64,000 bases of DNA from Betaproteobacteria bacterium SG8_41 (GCA_001303585.1 LJTT01000007.1:7195-71194); one strand, 5' to 3'. Shown: positions 42,031-52,506, numbered from the stretch's first letter. Translations and numbers: made by a program. The notes: generated by a model not told the origin, from the letters alone.

Positions 42031-42079
42031 CATTGCCCATCCCCTTTCCCCGTTTACTATTTCCCATTTCCCATTCCCT
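42031..42079. repeat. Orphan heptamer arm (TTTCCC type)
   Basis: CATTGCC CATCCCC TTTCCCC GTTTACT ATTTCCC ATTTCCC ATTCCCT. Confidence 0.6.
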
Positions 42080-42104
42080 CGCAGGCGCGGGATAATACGC
42101 AGCC

Positions 42105-42621
42105 ATGAAGTTCCTGTTCGATACTTTTCCGGTCATCCTGTTTTTCGCGGCGTTCAAGCTGTACGACATCTACGTCGCTACCGCCGTCGCCATGGCCGCC
42201 ACCGCCGTCCAGATCGGCTGTCGACAAGATGCTCTGGATCAGTCTGGGCGTCATCCTGGTCTTCGGCGGCGCGACGCTGCTGCTGCAGGACGAGACCTTT
42301 ATCAAATGGAAGCCGACCGTCCTCTACTGGCTGTTCGCGGGCACGTTGGCGGTTGCCGCGATGGCGTTCAAGAAGAACCTCATCCGCAGCATGCTCGAGC
42401 AGCAGGTGGCGATGCCGGATGTGGTGTGGAACAAGCTGCTCGCCAGCTGGATCGGTTTTTTCGGCGCCATGGGTATTCTCAACCTCCTTGTGGCCTACAA
42501 TTTTTCGACCGATGCCTGGGTAAACTTCAAGCTCTTTGGCGGCATCGGGCTCATGCTGGTGTTCGTTTTGCTGCAGGCCGTGCTGCTCGCCCGTTACGTC
42601 GAAGAAAAGAAGGTTGAATGA
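42105..42621 (+). pseudogene. yciB: Septation protein A / YciB, frameshifted at 42220/42221
   Basis: Frame 1 [14 protein letters not shown]...DIYVATA...VQIG; frame 2 DKMLWISL...FIKWKPT...WVNFKLFG. A short basic linker appears lost. Confidence 0.85.
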
Positions 42622-42646
42622 CGCCGTGCTCGGCTAAGGCGCGCTG

Positions 42647-42949
42647 ATGCTCTACGTGATCATCGGTGAGAGTGCACCGAGTTCCCGGGACAGGCAGCGT
42701 GAGCTCCTGCCGCAGCATTTGAGCCGTCTGCGCGAGCTGCAGCGGGCTGGACGCCTGGTGCTCGGTGGCGCCTGCCCTGCCATCGACAGTCCCGACCCGG
42801 GACCCGCCGGATATCTCGCCGGGCTCACGGTGGCGGAATTCGACTCCTTGGAAGCCGCGATGGCGTGGGCCGACGCCGATCCGCAGGCGCTCGCCGGCGT
42901 CTGGTCGTCGGTGACGGTCAGGCCGTTCGTTCGGGCGCGTGCGGCGTGA
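42647..42949 (+). CDS. yciI: YciI family protein
   Basis: HLSRL, GRLVLGG, PAIDSPDPG, AEFDSLE..WADADP; conserved yciB-yciI-bolA synteny. Confidence 0.85.
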   Translation: MLYVIIGESAPSSRDRQRELLPQHLSRLRELQRAGRLVLGGACPAIDSPDPGPAGYLAGLTVAEFDSLEAAMAWADADPQALAGVWSSVTVRPFVRARAA

Positions 42950-43209
42950 ACATCGTCCAGAAAATGGAGGAGCGGCTCGCCCTGCTGCAGCCGGAGTCGC
43001 TCGAGATAGCGGATGAATCGAGCCAGCACATCGGTCACGAAGGCGCCAGGAGCGGGGGCGGGCATTACCAGCTCGTTATCGTGTCGGCCCGATTCGCCGG
43101 CAAGCCCTTGCAGCAGCGCCACCGCATGATTTACGAGGCACTTGGCCCGATGATGAAAAACGAGATCCACGCGCTTGCGATTCGCGCCTACGCACCAGAC
43201 GAAATCTGA
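42946..43209 (+). CDS. bolA: BolA family protein
   Basis: DESSQHIGH, GGGHY, F.GK..QRHR.IY..L, IHAL; GTG overlaps the yciI stop. Confidence 0.92.
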   Translation: MNIVQKMEERLALLQPESLEIADESSQHIGHEGARSGGGHYQLVIVSARFAGKPLQQRHRMIYEALGPMMKNEIHALAIRAYAPDEI

Positions 43210-43232
43210 CTCTCTTACAAAAAGGAAGACTG

Positions 43233-44021
43233 ATGAAAAGGTTTCTTGCCATGCTCGCGATATCGCTGGCCGCTGCTACCGGCGCAAACGTCGCGTTCGC
43301 CCAGAACAAGCCAGCCGCGAAAGTGAACGGCGTTACCATACCCCAGTACCGTCTCGATGCCGCGGTGCAGTCCGGAGTGGCCCAGGGCCAGGCCGACACC
43401 CCACAACTGCGCCAGAGCGTCCGCGAGGCCCTTATCAACCAGGAGGTCATCGCGCAGGAAGCCGTTCGCCAGGGCATCGACAAGCAGCCCGGTGTCGCCG
43501 CGAGCCTTGAGCTATTTCGCGTCAGAGCCCTAGCTCAAGCGTATTTTCAAGACTATTTCAAGAAGAATCCGATCTCGGACGAGGCGCTCAAGAAGGAATT
43601 CGAGCGGATCAAGCCGCAGATGGCAACCAAGGAGTACCGCGCGCGCCACATTCTTGTCAACGGCGAGGACGAGGCGAAAGACATCATCAAGCAGATCGAC
43701 GCCGGCGGCAGCTTCGAGAAACTTGCTGCCGAGAAATCCAAGGACCCCGGGAGCAAGGCTCGCGGCGGTGACCTCGACTGGAGCCCCGCCTCACGCTACG
43801 TCAAGCCGTTCGGCGACGCCCTCGTCAGGCTCAAGAAGGGCGAGATGACCAAGACACCCGTGCAGACCGATTTCGGCTGGCATGTGATTCGTCTCGATGA
43901 TGAGCGCATTGCCAAGCTACCGACCTTCGAGGAAGCCAAGCCGACTCTGGAGCGCGAGCTTCAGAACCAGATGGTACGGAAGGAGATTGCCGATCTGCGC
44001 GCGAAGGCCAAGATCGAGTAA
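43233..44021 (+). CDS. PpiC-type (parvulin) peptidyl-prolyl isomerase, exported
   Basis: Signal peptide, EYRARHILV, SKDPGS..RGGDLDW, PVQTDFGWHVI. Confidence 0.92.
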   Translation: MKRFLAMLAISLAAATGANVAFAQNKPAAKVNGVTIPQYRLDAAVQSGVAQGQADTPQLRQSVREALINQEVIAQEAVRQGIDKQPGVAASLELFRVRALAQAYFQDYFKKNPISDEALKKEFERIKPQMATKEYRARHILVNGEDEAKDIIKQIDAGGSFEKLAAEKSKDPGSKARGGDLDWSPASRYVKPFGDALVRLKKGEMTKTPVQTDFGWHVIRLDDERIAKLPTFEEAKPTLERELQNQMVRKEIADLRAKAKIE

Positions 44022-44040
44022 CGGCCGTGAACCCCATTAT

Positions 44041-44189
44041 CTAGCCGCAGATACACGCGGATAAACGCCGATCTAGTCACGGCTTAAGCCCCATGGGACG
44101 CGCGGGCGACAACCCATTAACGCTCAGCGGTTTTCCGGTTTCGGTCTGCGTGTTATTACAAATATAAATCTGCGTTTATCTGCGGCTAG
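44041..44189. repeat. Decamer-repeat element with perfect 12-bp outer inverted repeats (CTAGCCGCAGAT)
   Basis: CTAGCCGCAGATACACGCGGATAAACGCCGAT ... ATCTGCGTTTATCTGCGGCTAG, followed by AAAGTTTTTT. Confidence 0.85.
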
Positions 44190-44199
44190 AAAGTTTTTT

Positions 44200-44433
44200 C
44201 TAGTACGCATTCTCGACGCGGCTCACGGCCAAGACCTCCTCTCTGGGATGCAGCGGCGCGTTTGTGTCGCCCTGAAGAGCGCCATCGATCAATTGCCGCA
44301 GCTGATGCGGCTCGCGCGAGATGCGCAGCGCTACCACCGGGTCACGCTCATAGAGCGCGTCGAGCTCCTCGTCCGAATAAAACGGCGCGTCAGTCTTGAT
44401 CGTCGATTCGCCGCCTTTCTCTCCCGCCTTCAT
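44200..44433 (-). CDS. Hypothetical protein (77 aa) or gene remnant
   Basis: MKAGEKGGESTIKTDAPFYSDEELDALYERDPVVALRISREPHQLRQLIDGAL...; directly downstream of purL. No family recognised. Confidence 0.4.
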   Translation of the reverse strand: MKAGEKGGESTIKTDAPFYSDEELDALYERDPVVALRISREPHQLRQLIDGALQGDTNAPLHPREEVLAVSRVENAY

Positions 44434-44462
44434 CCTGCTTCCTTCTGACTTCTTACTTCGGG

Positions 44463-47400
44463 TCACCCCACCCAGCGCCGCGCGTTGCGGAACATACGCA
44501 GCCAGGGTCCGTTTTCGCCCCAGCCCTCCGGGTACCATGAATGCTGGACCGTCCGGAACACGCGTTCGGGATGCGGCATCAGAATGGTGAAGCGCCCATC
44601 TGGCGTAGTGAGCCCCGTAATTCCCCCGGGCGAGCCGTTCGGGTTGTACGGATACGTTTCCGTTACCGTGCCACGATTGTCGACAAAACGCAGCGCCACG
44701 AGCGGCTCAGCGGCAGTTTGTGTTCCCTCATCCTTGAACTCGGCAAAGCCCTCGCCATGCGCCACGGCGACCGGCAAACGGCTCCCGGCCATTCCCGCAA
44801 AGAACAGTGAGGGCGAGTTTTGCACGGCGAGCATTACCACCCGCGCCTCGAACTGCTCCGAGCGGTTGCGCACGAAGTGCGGCCAGGCGCTCGCCCCGGG
44901 AATGAGCTCATGCAGATTGCTCATCATCTGGCAGCCGTTGCACACGCCCAACGCGAACGTATCCGTGCGTTTGAAGAAGGCCTCGAACTCGTCGCGCGCG
45001 CGCGCGTTGAAAAGGATCGACTTGGCCCAGCCCTCGCCCGCGCCCAGCACGTCACCGTAGGAAAATCCACCGCACGCAGCAAAACCCTTGAAGCGCCCCA
45101 GGCTCACCCGGCCGGAAATGACATCGCTCATGTGCACGTCGGCAGCGCTGAAGCCCGCGCGGTCGAAGGCGGCCGCCATTTCGACCTGGCCGTTGACGCC
45201 TTGCTCGCGAAGGATCGCGATCCTGGGCCGAACACCGCGGCTCACGAACGGGGCGGCGACGTCCTCCCTGGGATCGAAGCTCAGGGCCGCATGCAATCCC
45301 GGGTCATCTCCGTCCAGGATCCGGTCGTACTCCTCCTTGGCGCATTCCGGGTTGTCTCGCAGCCGCTGCAGTTGGTAGCTTGTCTCCGACCAGGCCCGCC
45401 GAAGCTCGGTCAGCCCTTCCTCGAGCACGACCGTGGCCCCGTCGGCGATCCGCAATCGCGGCTCGGCAGCCGGCACGCCGATCACATGGCAGGCCGAACC
45501 AAGGCCGTGGCTGGAAAACACCCCTTCGAGCGCCGCGATATCGGCACGCCTGACCTGCACGACCGCCCCGAGCTCTTCGTTAAACAACACGGCCAGCGGC
45601 CCGTGGGTGTCGGTGAGCGGGCTGATGTCGAGGCTCACGCCGCAACGCGCCGCGAACATCATTTCGCAGACCGTTGCGAGCAGGCCGCCATCCGAGCGAT
45701 CGTGATAGGCGAGTAACCTGCCATCGCGGTTCAACCGCTGCACCGCTGCAAAAAACGCGCCGAGTGGCTCCGCGTCCACGTCCGGTGCGGTGTCACCAAG
45801 CTGCCCGTGAACCTGCGCCAGTGCCGAGCCGCCCAGGCGGCAGCGCTTCATCCCAAGGTCGATCAGCACCAGGCTGGTCTCGCCGCAATCGGTCCGCAGT
45901 TGCGGCGTGAGCGTCGAGCGCACGTCCGGCACCGGCGCAAAGGCCGACACGATGAGCGAAAGCGGCGCGGACACCTCCTTGCGCACGCCGTCCTCCTCCC
46001 ATGCCGTCTTCATGGACAGGCTGTCCTTGCCCACCGGTATGCTCACGCCAAGGGCGGGACACAGTTCCATCGCGACCGCGCGCACCGTATCGAACAGCGC
46101 CGCATCCTCGCCCGGGTGCCCGGCTGCCGCCATCCAGTTCGCCGAAAGCTTGATATCCCCGATCTCGGCGATGGGCGCGGCGGCGATATTGGTAATGGCC
46201 TCTCCGACCGCCATCCGGCCCGAGGCCTCCGGATCGATCAGCGCGAGGTGCGTACGCTCTCCCACGGCGAAGGCCTCGCCGCGGCAGGTTTCAAACCCGA
46301 GCAGCGTCACCGCTGCATCGGCGACCGGAACTTGCCACGGGCCGACCATCTGGTCACGCGCCGTGAGGCCGCCTACAGTGCGATCGCCGATGGTGATGAG
46401 AAACGTCTTGTCGGCAACCGCGGGCAGACGTAGCACGCGATAAACCGCCTCGCGCAGATCGATCTTCGCAAATTCGAATCGTGGCAGGTCCCGCGCCTGG
46501 TGCGCGACATCGCGCGTCATTTTTGGCGGTTTGCCAAGCAGGACAGCCAGCTCCATGTCGACCGGGTCGTTGTCGAACGCTGGATCGGTAACGACAAGTC
46601 TGCCCTCGGATGTCGCGGTGCCCAGTACGGCAAAGGGGCAGCGCTCGCGCTCGCAAATCCCACGGAATCGCTCGAGATCCTGCGGGGCAATGGCCAGGAC
46701 ATAGCGCTCCTGCGCCTCGTTGCACCAGATCTGCAGCGGGGACATCCCCGGTTCCTCGCTCGGAATCTTGCGCAGATCCATGCGCCCGCCCCGTCCCGCC
46801 GAATGCACCAGCTCCGGCAGCGCATTCGAAAGACCGCCGGCGCCGACGTCGTGAATCGATAGAATGGGATTCGCCCGGCCCAGTGCCCAGCACCGGTCGA
46901 TCACTTCCTGCGCGCGTCGCTCGATCTCTGCGTTGCCGCGCTGGACCGAGTCAAAGTCGAGATCCTCGAGATTGACGCCCGTATCCATGCTCGAGGCCGC
47001 TCCGCCGCCCAGGCCGATCAGCATGCCCGGCCCACCCAGCTGCACCAGCAGCGCGCCGGCCGGCAGCGGCTGCTTCATCGCGTGCTCCGCTGCGAGATTA
47101 CCGATGCCGCCGGCAATCATGATCGGCTTGTGGTAGCCGCGCATCTCGCCCGCCATGCGCTGCTCGAACGTGCGGAAATAGCCGGCCAGATTCGGCCGCC
47201 CGAACTCATTGTTGAACGACGCGCCCCCGATCGGGCCTTCGAGCATGATCTGAAGCGCCGACGCAATGCGCCGCGGCCGGCCGTAATCGTCTTGCTCCCA
47301 GGGCTGCACGAAGCCGGGTATGCACAGGTTCGACACGGTGAATCCGGTCAGTCCGGCCTTGGGCTTTGCTCCGCGCCCGGTGGCCCCCTCGTCGCGGATC

Positions 47401-48356
47401 TCGCCGCCCGCCCCGGTCGCTGCGCCAGGAAACGGCGAGATTGCCGTGGGATGATTGTGCGTCTCGACCTTCATCACGGTATGCGTGAGATCCTGCGAGT
47501 AGCGGTACTCGCCCTCCTCCCCCGGATAAAAGCGCGCGACCCGGGCGCCTTCCATGACTGCCGCATTGTCGGCATACGCGACCACCGTGCCACCCGGGTG
47601 CTTCTCGTGCGTGGTGCGGATCATGCCGAACAGGGAAACTTCCTGAGGCTGCCCGTCGATCACCCAGCCGGCATTGAAAATCTTGTGCCGGCAGTGCTCG
47701 GAATTTGCCTGCGCGAACATCATCAGCTCGACGTCGGTGGGATTGCGCGCCATGCGGGTAAACTGCGCAGCGAGATACGCAATCTCGTCTTCCGAGAGCG
47801 CGAGCCCCATTTCCCGATTGGCGCGTTCGAGCGCAGCCACGCCCCCGCCAATGATGTCCACGGTCGCGAGCGGTTGGGGCTCGAAATGCTCGAACAGGCG
47901 CGCCGCCGCTTCGAAGTCGGCAAGCACGGTCTCCGTCATCCGGTCGTGAATGAGCGGTCCAAGCGCCGCCCGGTCCGCGGGAGCCAGTGCGGCGTCCCCG
48001 CGGGTCGTCACCCAATACGCGACGCCGCGCTCGATGCGCTCTACGGCATCCAGGCGGCAGTGGCGCGCGATATCCGACGCCTTCGAGGACCACGGCGAGA
48101 TCGTGCCGATGCGCGGCACCACGAGCATGAGCTCGCCGCGCGCTTCGCCTGTGGTCTGCGCCGGACCGTAGGTGAGAACGCGCTCGAGGCGCGCGGCCTC
48201 GTCCACTGAAAGAGCACGGCTCGCCTGCACGAAATGCCAGAACTCGGCATGGATACCGGAGACGCCCGGTGCGGCAGCGATGGAGGAAGCGGCGAGCTTT
48301 CGAAGGCGGAAGGCCGAGAGTGCGTTGCGTCCTCTGAGCCTCAGGATTTGCGACAT
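44463..48356 (-). CDS. purL: Phosphoribosylformylglycinamidine synthase (large single-chain form)
   Basis: [62 protein letters not shown]. Confidence 0.97.
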   Translation of the reverse strand: MSQILRLRGRNALSAFRLRKLAASSIAAAPGVSGIHAEFWHFVQASRALSVDEAARLERVLTYGPAQTTGEARGELMLVVPRIGTISPWSSKASDIARHCRLDAVERIERGVAYWVTTRGDAALAPADRAALGPLIHDRMTETVLADFEAAARLFEHFEPQPLATVDIIGGGVAALERANREMGLALSEDEIAYLAAQFTRMARNPTDVELMMFAQANSEHCRHKIFNAGWVIDGQPQEVSLFGMIRTTHEKHPGGTVVAYADNAAVMEGARVARFYPGEEGEYRYSQDLTHTVMKVETHNHPTAISPFPGAATGAGGEIRDEGATGRGAKPKAGLTGFTVSNLCIPGFVQPWEQDDYGRPRRIASALQIMLEGPIGGASFNNEFGRPNLAGYFRTFEQRMAGEMRGYHKPIMIAGGIGNLAAEHAMKQPLPAGALLVQLGGPGMLIGLGGGAASSMDTGVNLEDLDFDSVQRGNAEIERRAQEVIDRCWALGRANPILSIHDVGAGGLSNALPELVHSAGRGGRMDLRKIPSEEPGMSPLQIWCNEAQERYVLAIAPQDLERFRGICERERCPFAVLGTATSEGRLVVTDPAFDNDPVDMELAVLLGKPPKMTRDVAHQARDLPRFEFAKIDLREAVYRVLRLPAVADKTFLITIGDRTVGGLTARDQMVGPWQVPVADAAVTLLGFETCRGEAFAVGERTHLALIDPEASGRMAVGEAITNIAAAPIAEIGDIKLSANWMAAAGHPGEDAALFDTVRAVAMELCPALGVSIPVGKDSLSMKTAWEEDGVRKEVSAPLSLIVSAFAPVPDVRSTLTPQLRTDCGETSLVLIDLGMKRCRLGGSALAQVHGQLGDTAPDVDAEPLGAFFAAVQRLNRDGRLLAYHDRSDGGLLATVCEMMFAARCGVSLDISPLTDTHGPLAVLFNEELGAVVQVRRADIAALEGVFSSHGLGSACHVIGVPAAEPRLRIADGATVVLEEGLTELRRAWSETSYQLQRLRDNPECAKEEYDRILDGDDPGLHAALSFDPREDVAAPFVSRGVRPRIAILREQGVNGQVEMAAAFDRAGFSAADVHMSDVISGRVSLGRFKGFAACGGFSYGDVLGAGEGWAKSILFNARARDEFEAFFKRTDTFALGVCNGCQMMSNLHELIPGASAWPHFVRNRSEQFEARVVMLAVQNSPSLFFAGMAGSRLPVAVAHGEGFAEFKDEGTQTAAEPLVALRFVDNRGTVTETYPYNPNGSPGGITGLTTPDGRFTILMPHPERVFRTVQHSWYPEGWGENGPWLRMFRNARRWVG

Positions 48357-48449
48357 GTGCAAAAGCGGTATCGCTAAAGCCCAATCTTACCCGAATCCCC
48401 GCCAGACCGCAGCGCGGAGAGTGCGATTCACGTTAAACTACGGGGACTT

Positions 48450-49964
48450 ATGAAGCTTCACCTAAATCACGGCGAGCCGGTCTACCTGACGACGGACGTG
48501 CGCGCGATTGAAATGGCTGCGTCCGCGGCGCCCGAGCCGCCGCCGCTCATGGCGCGAGCGGGCCTGGCCGCCGCTGAACTGGCGCGCGACCTCGCGGGCG
48601 GAAACGGCAAGCCTGTGCTGGTCGTTGCAGGGCCTGGCAACAACGGCGGCGACGCCTTTGTCGTGGCGCGCCATCTCAAGAAGTGGTGGTTCAATGTAAC
48701 GGTGGTCTTTGCCGGAGACGAAGCCAGGTTGTCGAACGACGCAGCCCAGGCGCTGCGAGCCTGGCGCGCCGCGGGCGGGACGACCCAGCCGGAGCTGCCC
48801 GGCGCCGGCGACTGGGGACTCATCGTGGATGGCATTTTCGGCATTGGCCTTGAGCGCGACGTTGGCGGCCGATATGCGCAGTGGATTGCCGCCATCAATG
48901 CCATGGACGCCCCCGTGCTGGCGCTCGATACGCCGAGCGGACTGCATTCCGACAGCGGACGAGTGATGGGCAGCGCCGTCGTTGCGGATCACACCGTCAC
49001 TTTCATTGCCCTCAAGCCAGGACTGCTCACGCTCGACGGCCAGGACCATTGTGGCGAGATCCACCGTAGCACGCTCGGTCTCGACCTCCGGTCGATGCGG
49101 CCGGCCAGCGGTTTCCTGACCGGGCGCGACGTACTCAAAACCGCACTAAAGCCGCGCCGTCACAACACGCACAAGGGCGACTACGGCAGCATCGGCGTGA
49201 TTGGCGGTGATCACGCCATGGTGGGCGCAGCGCTGCTGGCGGGGCGGGCCGCGCTAAGACTCGGCGCCGGCCGCGTCTACCTTGGGCTCATCGCGCGGGA
49301 CGGACCGGGCGTCGACCCCGCCCAACCCGAGCTCATGATTCGAAACGCGGACGAGTTGCTGAAGCTCGGTCACCTCGATTGTGTGGCCGTCGGGCCTGGG
49401 CTGGGCCAGTCCCCGGAGGCGGCTTTCTACCTCGGGATCGCGCTTGAATCGCCCCTCCCTCTCATCCTTGATGCCGATGCTCTGAATCTCATTGGCGCGG
49501 ACCCGGCCCTCGCGAGCCAAGCGAGCGGGCGCAAGGCCGCGACGCTTCTGACGCCTCATCCGGCCGAGGCTGCGCGTCTGCTCGGCATCACCACCCGCGA
49601 CGTGCAACATGACCGGATCGCCGCCGCCCGGGCCCTCGCCACGAGCTTCAATGCCGGCGCTGTGCTCAAAGGCGCTGGCAGCGTCTGCGCGTTTCCCGAC
49701 GGCACCTGGCACGTGAATACTTCCGGCAATCCCGGTATGGCCAGCGCCGGCATGGGGGATGTTCTCACGGGATTCATCGCGGCCCTGCTCGCCCAGGGCG
49801 CCGACGCGAAAACCGCATTGCTCGCGGGCACGTTCATCCACGGTGCAGCGGCCGACCATCTGGTTGCAGCTGGCAACGGGCCGGTCGGCCTCGTCGCCGG
49901 CGAGCTCATCGATGCGGCGCGCGCGCTGCTCAACCAGTCCGTAGTAATTTCGCCTGAAGGTTGA
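48450..49964 (+). CDS. nnr: Bifunctional NAD(P)H-hydrate epimerase/dehydratase
   Basis: GPGNNGGDAFV, DGIFGIG, DTPSG, HKGDYG, GPGLG, DADAL, TPHPAEA, AGMGDVLTG. Confidence 0.95.
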   Translation: MKLHLNHGEPVYLTTDVRAIEMAASAAPEPPPLMARAGLAAAELARDLAGGNGKPVLVVAGPGNNGGDAFVVARHLKKWWFNVTVVFAGDEARLSNDAAQALRAWRAAGGTTQPELPGAGDWGLIVDGIFGIGLERDVGGRYAQWIAAINAMDAPVLALDTPSGLHSDSGRVMGSAVVADHTVTFIALKPGLLTLDGQDHCGEIHRSTLGLDLRSMRPASGFLTGRDVLKTALKPRRHNTHKGDYGSIGVIGGDHAMVGAALLAGRAALRLGAGRVYLGLIARDGPGVDPAQPELMIRNADELLKLGHLDCVAVGPGLGQSPEAAFYLGIALESPLPLILDADALNLIGADPALASQASGRKAATLLTPHPAEAARLLGITTRDVQHDRIAAARALATSFNAGAVLKGAGSVCAFPDGTWHVNTSGNPGMASAGMGDVLTGFIAALLAQGADAKTALLAGTFIHGAAADHLVAAGNGPVGLVAGELIDAARALLNQSVVISPEG

Positions 49965-49985
49965 AAACAGAGCAGTTCTTAAGTT

Positions 49986-50057
49986 GTATCTGCGTTTATC
50001 TGCGGCTAAGAATGGTTTTTGGATTTTCCGATTCACGATTCACGATTTACGTTTCAC
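49986..50057. repeat. Decamer arm plus heptamer arm between the convergent nnr and DUF190 genes
   Basis: GTATCTGCGTTTATCTGCGGCTAA with a T-rich tail, then GATTCAC GATTCAC GATTTAC GTTTCAC. Confidence 0.8.
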
Positions 50058-50063
50058 GGCCGC

Positions 50064-50380
50064 TCAGCCGGCACCGTTGGTCTCGCCAAACTCCGCCTCG
50101 CTCATCGCGTAGACCACGCGAACCCGCTCGTCACGAACGAGCTGGAGCAGCTTCTCGGCCTGTTCGCGCGGGACCAGGAACTCGACCTCCAGTCTCCCGC
50201 CAGCTCGAAGAAGTGCTGCTCGTGGAGAACGCCGTGCCGGCCGAAGCCGGCGATCGCCCGGAAAGCCGAGCCGCCGTGAACGCCCATCTTCTTCGCGCTT
50301 TCCAGCAGCCACTCGTACAACAGGACGCTGCCATGCCGGTGATTCTCGTGCATGTAGAAACGCAGATAGGTTCCCTTCAT
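50064..50380 (-). pseudogene. DUF190 (PII-like, CrcB-associated) protein, frameshifted at 50191/50192
   Basis: MKGTYLRFYMHE...LYEWLL...GGSAFRAIAGFGRHG..HEQHFFELAGD, then the other frame continues EVEFLV...YAMSEAEFG. Confidence 0.8.
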
Positions 50381-50383
50381 GGC

Positions 50384-50767
50384 TCACCTCACCAGTAACC
50401 GCACAGCGCCGATACCGGCCAGCGTCATCAGCAGCGAGCCGGCCAGGTGCGCAAAAATCAGGGCCGCCGCCCAGCCCCATTGCTGCCGCGCGACGAGGGC
50501 CACGGTCTCCGCGGAAAAAGTCGAAAACGTCGTCATCGCGCCAAGAAAGCCGGTTACGACCAGCAGCCGTATCTCCGGCGGCAATGATTCGAAGTGGGAC
50601 AGCATCCCCATGGTGACGCCGATGAGCAGTCCGCCCGTCAGGTTCGCCGCGAGCGTTCCCAGCGGCAAAGTCGGGAAAACCGGGTTGAGAAGAATGCCCA
50701 GGCCCCAACGCACCCAGGCGCCCAGAGCAGCCCCTGCCCCGACCGCAAGAAACCCGAGCCAGGTCAC
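50384..50767 (-). CDS. crcB: Fluoride efflux channel
   Basis: GAALGAWVRW, GTLAANL.G, TGFLGAMTTFSTFSAE. Confidence 0.95.
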   Translation of the reverse strand: MTWLGFLAVGAGAALGAWVRWGLGILLNPVFPTLPLGTLAANLTGGLLIGVTMGMLSHFESLPPEIRLLVVTGFLGAMTTFSTFSAETVALVARQQWGWAAALIFAHLAGSLLMTLAGIGAVRLLVR

Positions 50768-50911
50768 TTCATTTCCTCTCGATCTTTCGATTCACCGGTG
50801 TCCGAAGCAGATGAAACCAGCTTTTGGATCGCGGAGCCGCGGGAAGAAGCAAAATTGAATTAATTGGACGGCCATGAAACCAAGCGCGCCAGGATCTCTC
50901 TTCACAATACA

Positions 50912-50972
50912 GTAGGACCTATCGGCGTTCATTGCCGGTTGTCAGTCGATGCTGAGATGACATCCATTCACC
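50912..50972 (-). ncRNA. Possible variant fluoride (crcB) riboswitch
   Basis: Minus strand GGTGA-ATGGATG-TCATC ... AACCGGC-AATGAAC-GCCGAT-AG-GTCC-TAC resembles the AACCGC...GCUGAUGA..CCUAC consensus. It lies upstream of crcB; the 5' half is imperfect. Confidence 0.45.
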
Positions 50973-50990
50973 GGTCGCTGGTCATGCGTT

Positions 50991-51449
50991 CTAGCCCTTG
51001 AGCCGCCAGCGCTCGGCCGCCACGTCATCGGAGGCGCGCGCGTCGACCCAGCGCTCGCCTTTTGCAGTTGATTCCTTTTTCCAGAATGGCGCCCGCGTCT
51101 TGAGGTAATCCATGATGAACTCACACGCGGCAAAGGCATCGCCGCGATGCCCGCTGGTCACCACCACCAGCACGATCTGGTCGGCAGGCCTGAGCGTGCC
51201 GATGCGGTGCACCACGAGCGCGTCAATCACCTGCCAGCGCCCGCGCGCCTGCGCGATGATTTCCTCGATTGAGTGTTCGGTCATGCCGGGATAGTGCTCG
51301 AGTGTCATTTCGGCGACCGGGTCACCGTCGTTCACGTCGCGCACCACGCCGACGAAACTTGCCACCGCGCCAATCTTGGCATTGCCGCGGCGAAGTCCAG
51401 CGATCTCCGCGCTGACATCAAAATCAGCCGTTTGTATTCTTACCGTCAT
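50991..51449 (-). CDS. moaE: Molybdopterin synthase catalytic subunit
   Basis: GAVASFVGVVRD, LEHYPGMTE, HRIG, HR..AF, DYLKTRAPFWKKE. Confidence 0.96.
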   Translation of the reverse strand: MTVRIQTADFDVSAEIAGLRRGNAKIGAVASFVGVVRDVNDGDPVAEMTLEHYPGMTEHSIEEIIAQARGRWQVIDALVVHRIGTLRPADQIVLVVVTSGHRGDAFAACEFIMDYLKTRAPFWKKESTAKGERWVDARASDDVAAERWRLKG

Positions 51450-51463
51450 TACTATTCAACAGC

Positions 51464-51565
51464 GTGAATGGTGAATGGAGTCCAGGGGAGAACCTGTTGA
51501 AGATCTGTCGCATGGCAAACGCTGGTTGTGCACTTACCAGTCACCGGTCACGGGTCACCGGGTCA
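51464..51565. repeat. Heptamer inverted-arm element at the moaD stop
   Basis: GTGAATG GTGAATG ... CACTTAC CAGTCAC CGGTCAC GGGTCAC CGGGTCA (TCA is the stop). Confidence 0.8.
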
Positions 51566-51814
51566 ACCCCCAGTGACGGGTGGGAAAAACGCGACTTCGT
51601 CGCCATCGGCGATGGCGGAATCGCCACTCGCCATGCTCTGATTGATCGCCGCGCGGATCGCAGTCTTCTGCAGCTCGTCGGCCCACACCCCGCCGCGCGC
51701 GATCAGATGGGCGCGCAGGTTGTCGATATTGCTGACATCCGCCGGCAACTTGATGGTCTCCGAGCCAGTGCCAAGCGCCTCTCGCAGTCTTGCGAAATAA
51801 AGCACTGTAATCAT
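51563..51814 (-). CDS. moaD: Molybdopterin synthase sulfur carrier
   Basis: VLYFARLRE...DGDEVAFFPPVTGG. Confidence 0.96.
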   Translation of the reverse strand: MITVLYFARLREALGTGSETIKLPADVSNIDNLRAHLIARGGVWADELQKTAIRAAINQSMASGDSAIADGDEVAFFPPVTGG

Positions 51815-51913
51815 GGCGTTAATTATGCGCTCGACGCCGTCGCGTGCCAAGGCGAAATACGACCAACGATTCGCGCGGGCGAGCGACGCACCTGCTTTTC
51901 CTGCCTAGCGCTT

Positions 51914-52408
51914 TCAGGACAGGCCAACGTGCTTCAGCACAAAAGCCGCAATGGTCATAGGGTCGTTGAGGTTGAACTGCGGCAGCTTTGTGTCGAGCTG
52001 AATATCGGCCGCAACCGCCACCACCGCCGGGTCGTGCGGATGAATGAGCGCCTCCCCAACTTCGGCACGGTAGACCTCGAGCTTGGGGATGTGCTCGCGC
52101 TTGAAGCCCTCGATCAAGACCAGATCGCACGGCGAAAGGTGTTGCAGCTGCTCGCCCAGATGCGGCTCCGGAGCACCGCGCAGCTCGTGCATCAGCACCC
52201 ACCGCCGCGATGAGGTAACCAGAACTTCGGCGCAGCCCGCTTCGCGGTGACGGTATGAGTCCTTGCCCGGCTGGTCGATGTCGAAATTGTGGTGCACGTG
52301 CTTGATCAGAGACACCTTGAGGCCGCGCCCCGTGAAAAGAGGGATGAGCTTTTCGATCAGCGTCGTCTTCCCGCTGCCGGAATACCCTGCGAAGCCGAAA
52401 ATCTTCAT
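51914..52408 (-). CDS. mobB: Molybdopterin-guanine dinucleotide biosynthesis protein B
   Basis: GYSGSGKTTL, KHVHH.FDID.PGKDSYRH, DLVLIEGFK. Confidence 0.95.
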   Translation of the reverse strand: MKIFGFAGYSGSGKTTLIEKLIPLFTGRGLKVSLIKHVHHNFDIDQPGKDSYRHREAGCAEVLVTSSRRWVLMHELRGAPEPHLGEQLQHLSPCDLVLIEGFKREHIPKLEVYRAEVGEALIHPHDPAVVAVAADIQLDTKLPQFNLNDPMTIAAFVLKHVGLS

Positions 52409-52416
52409 GGAAATCG

Positions 52417-52444
52417 GTGATCAGTGACCCGTGATCGGTGACCG
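52417..52444. repeat. Heptamer arm upstream of mobB
   Basis: GTGATCA GTGACCC GTGATCG GTGACCG. Confidence 0.75.
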
Positions 52445-52506
52445 TCGTGTAATGAGGTGTTCCCGGATTTTAGCAGCGACCTGTCCCGCATTACTCCTGA
52501 CCTGCT

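Noticed and set aside
50931-50940. ATCGGCGTTCATTGCCGGTT (50921-50940) as another decamer arm
   Set aside because: Better explained as the stem of the fluoride riboswitch candidate; ambiguous.
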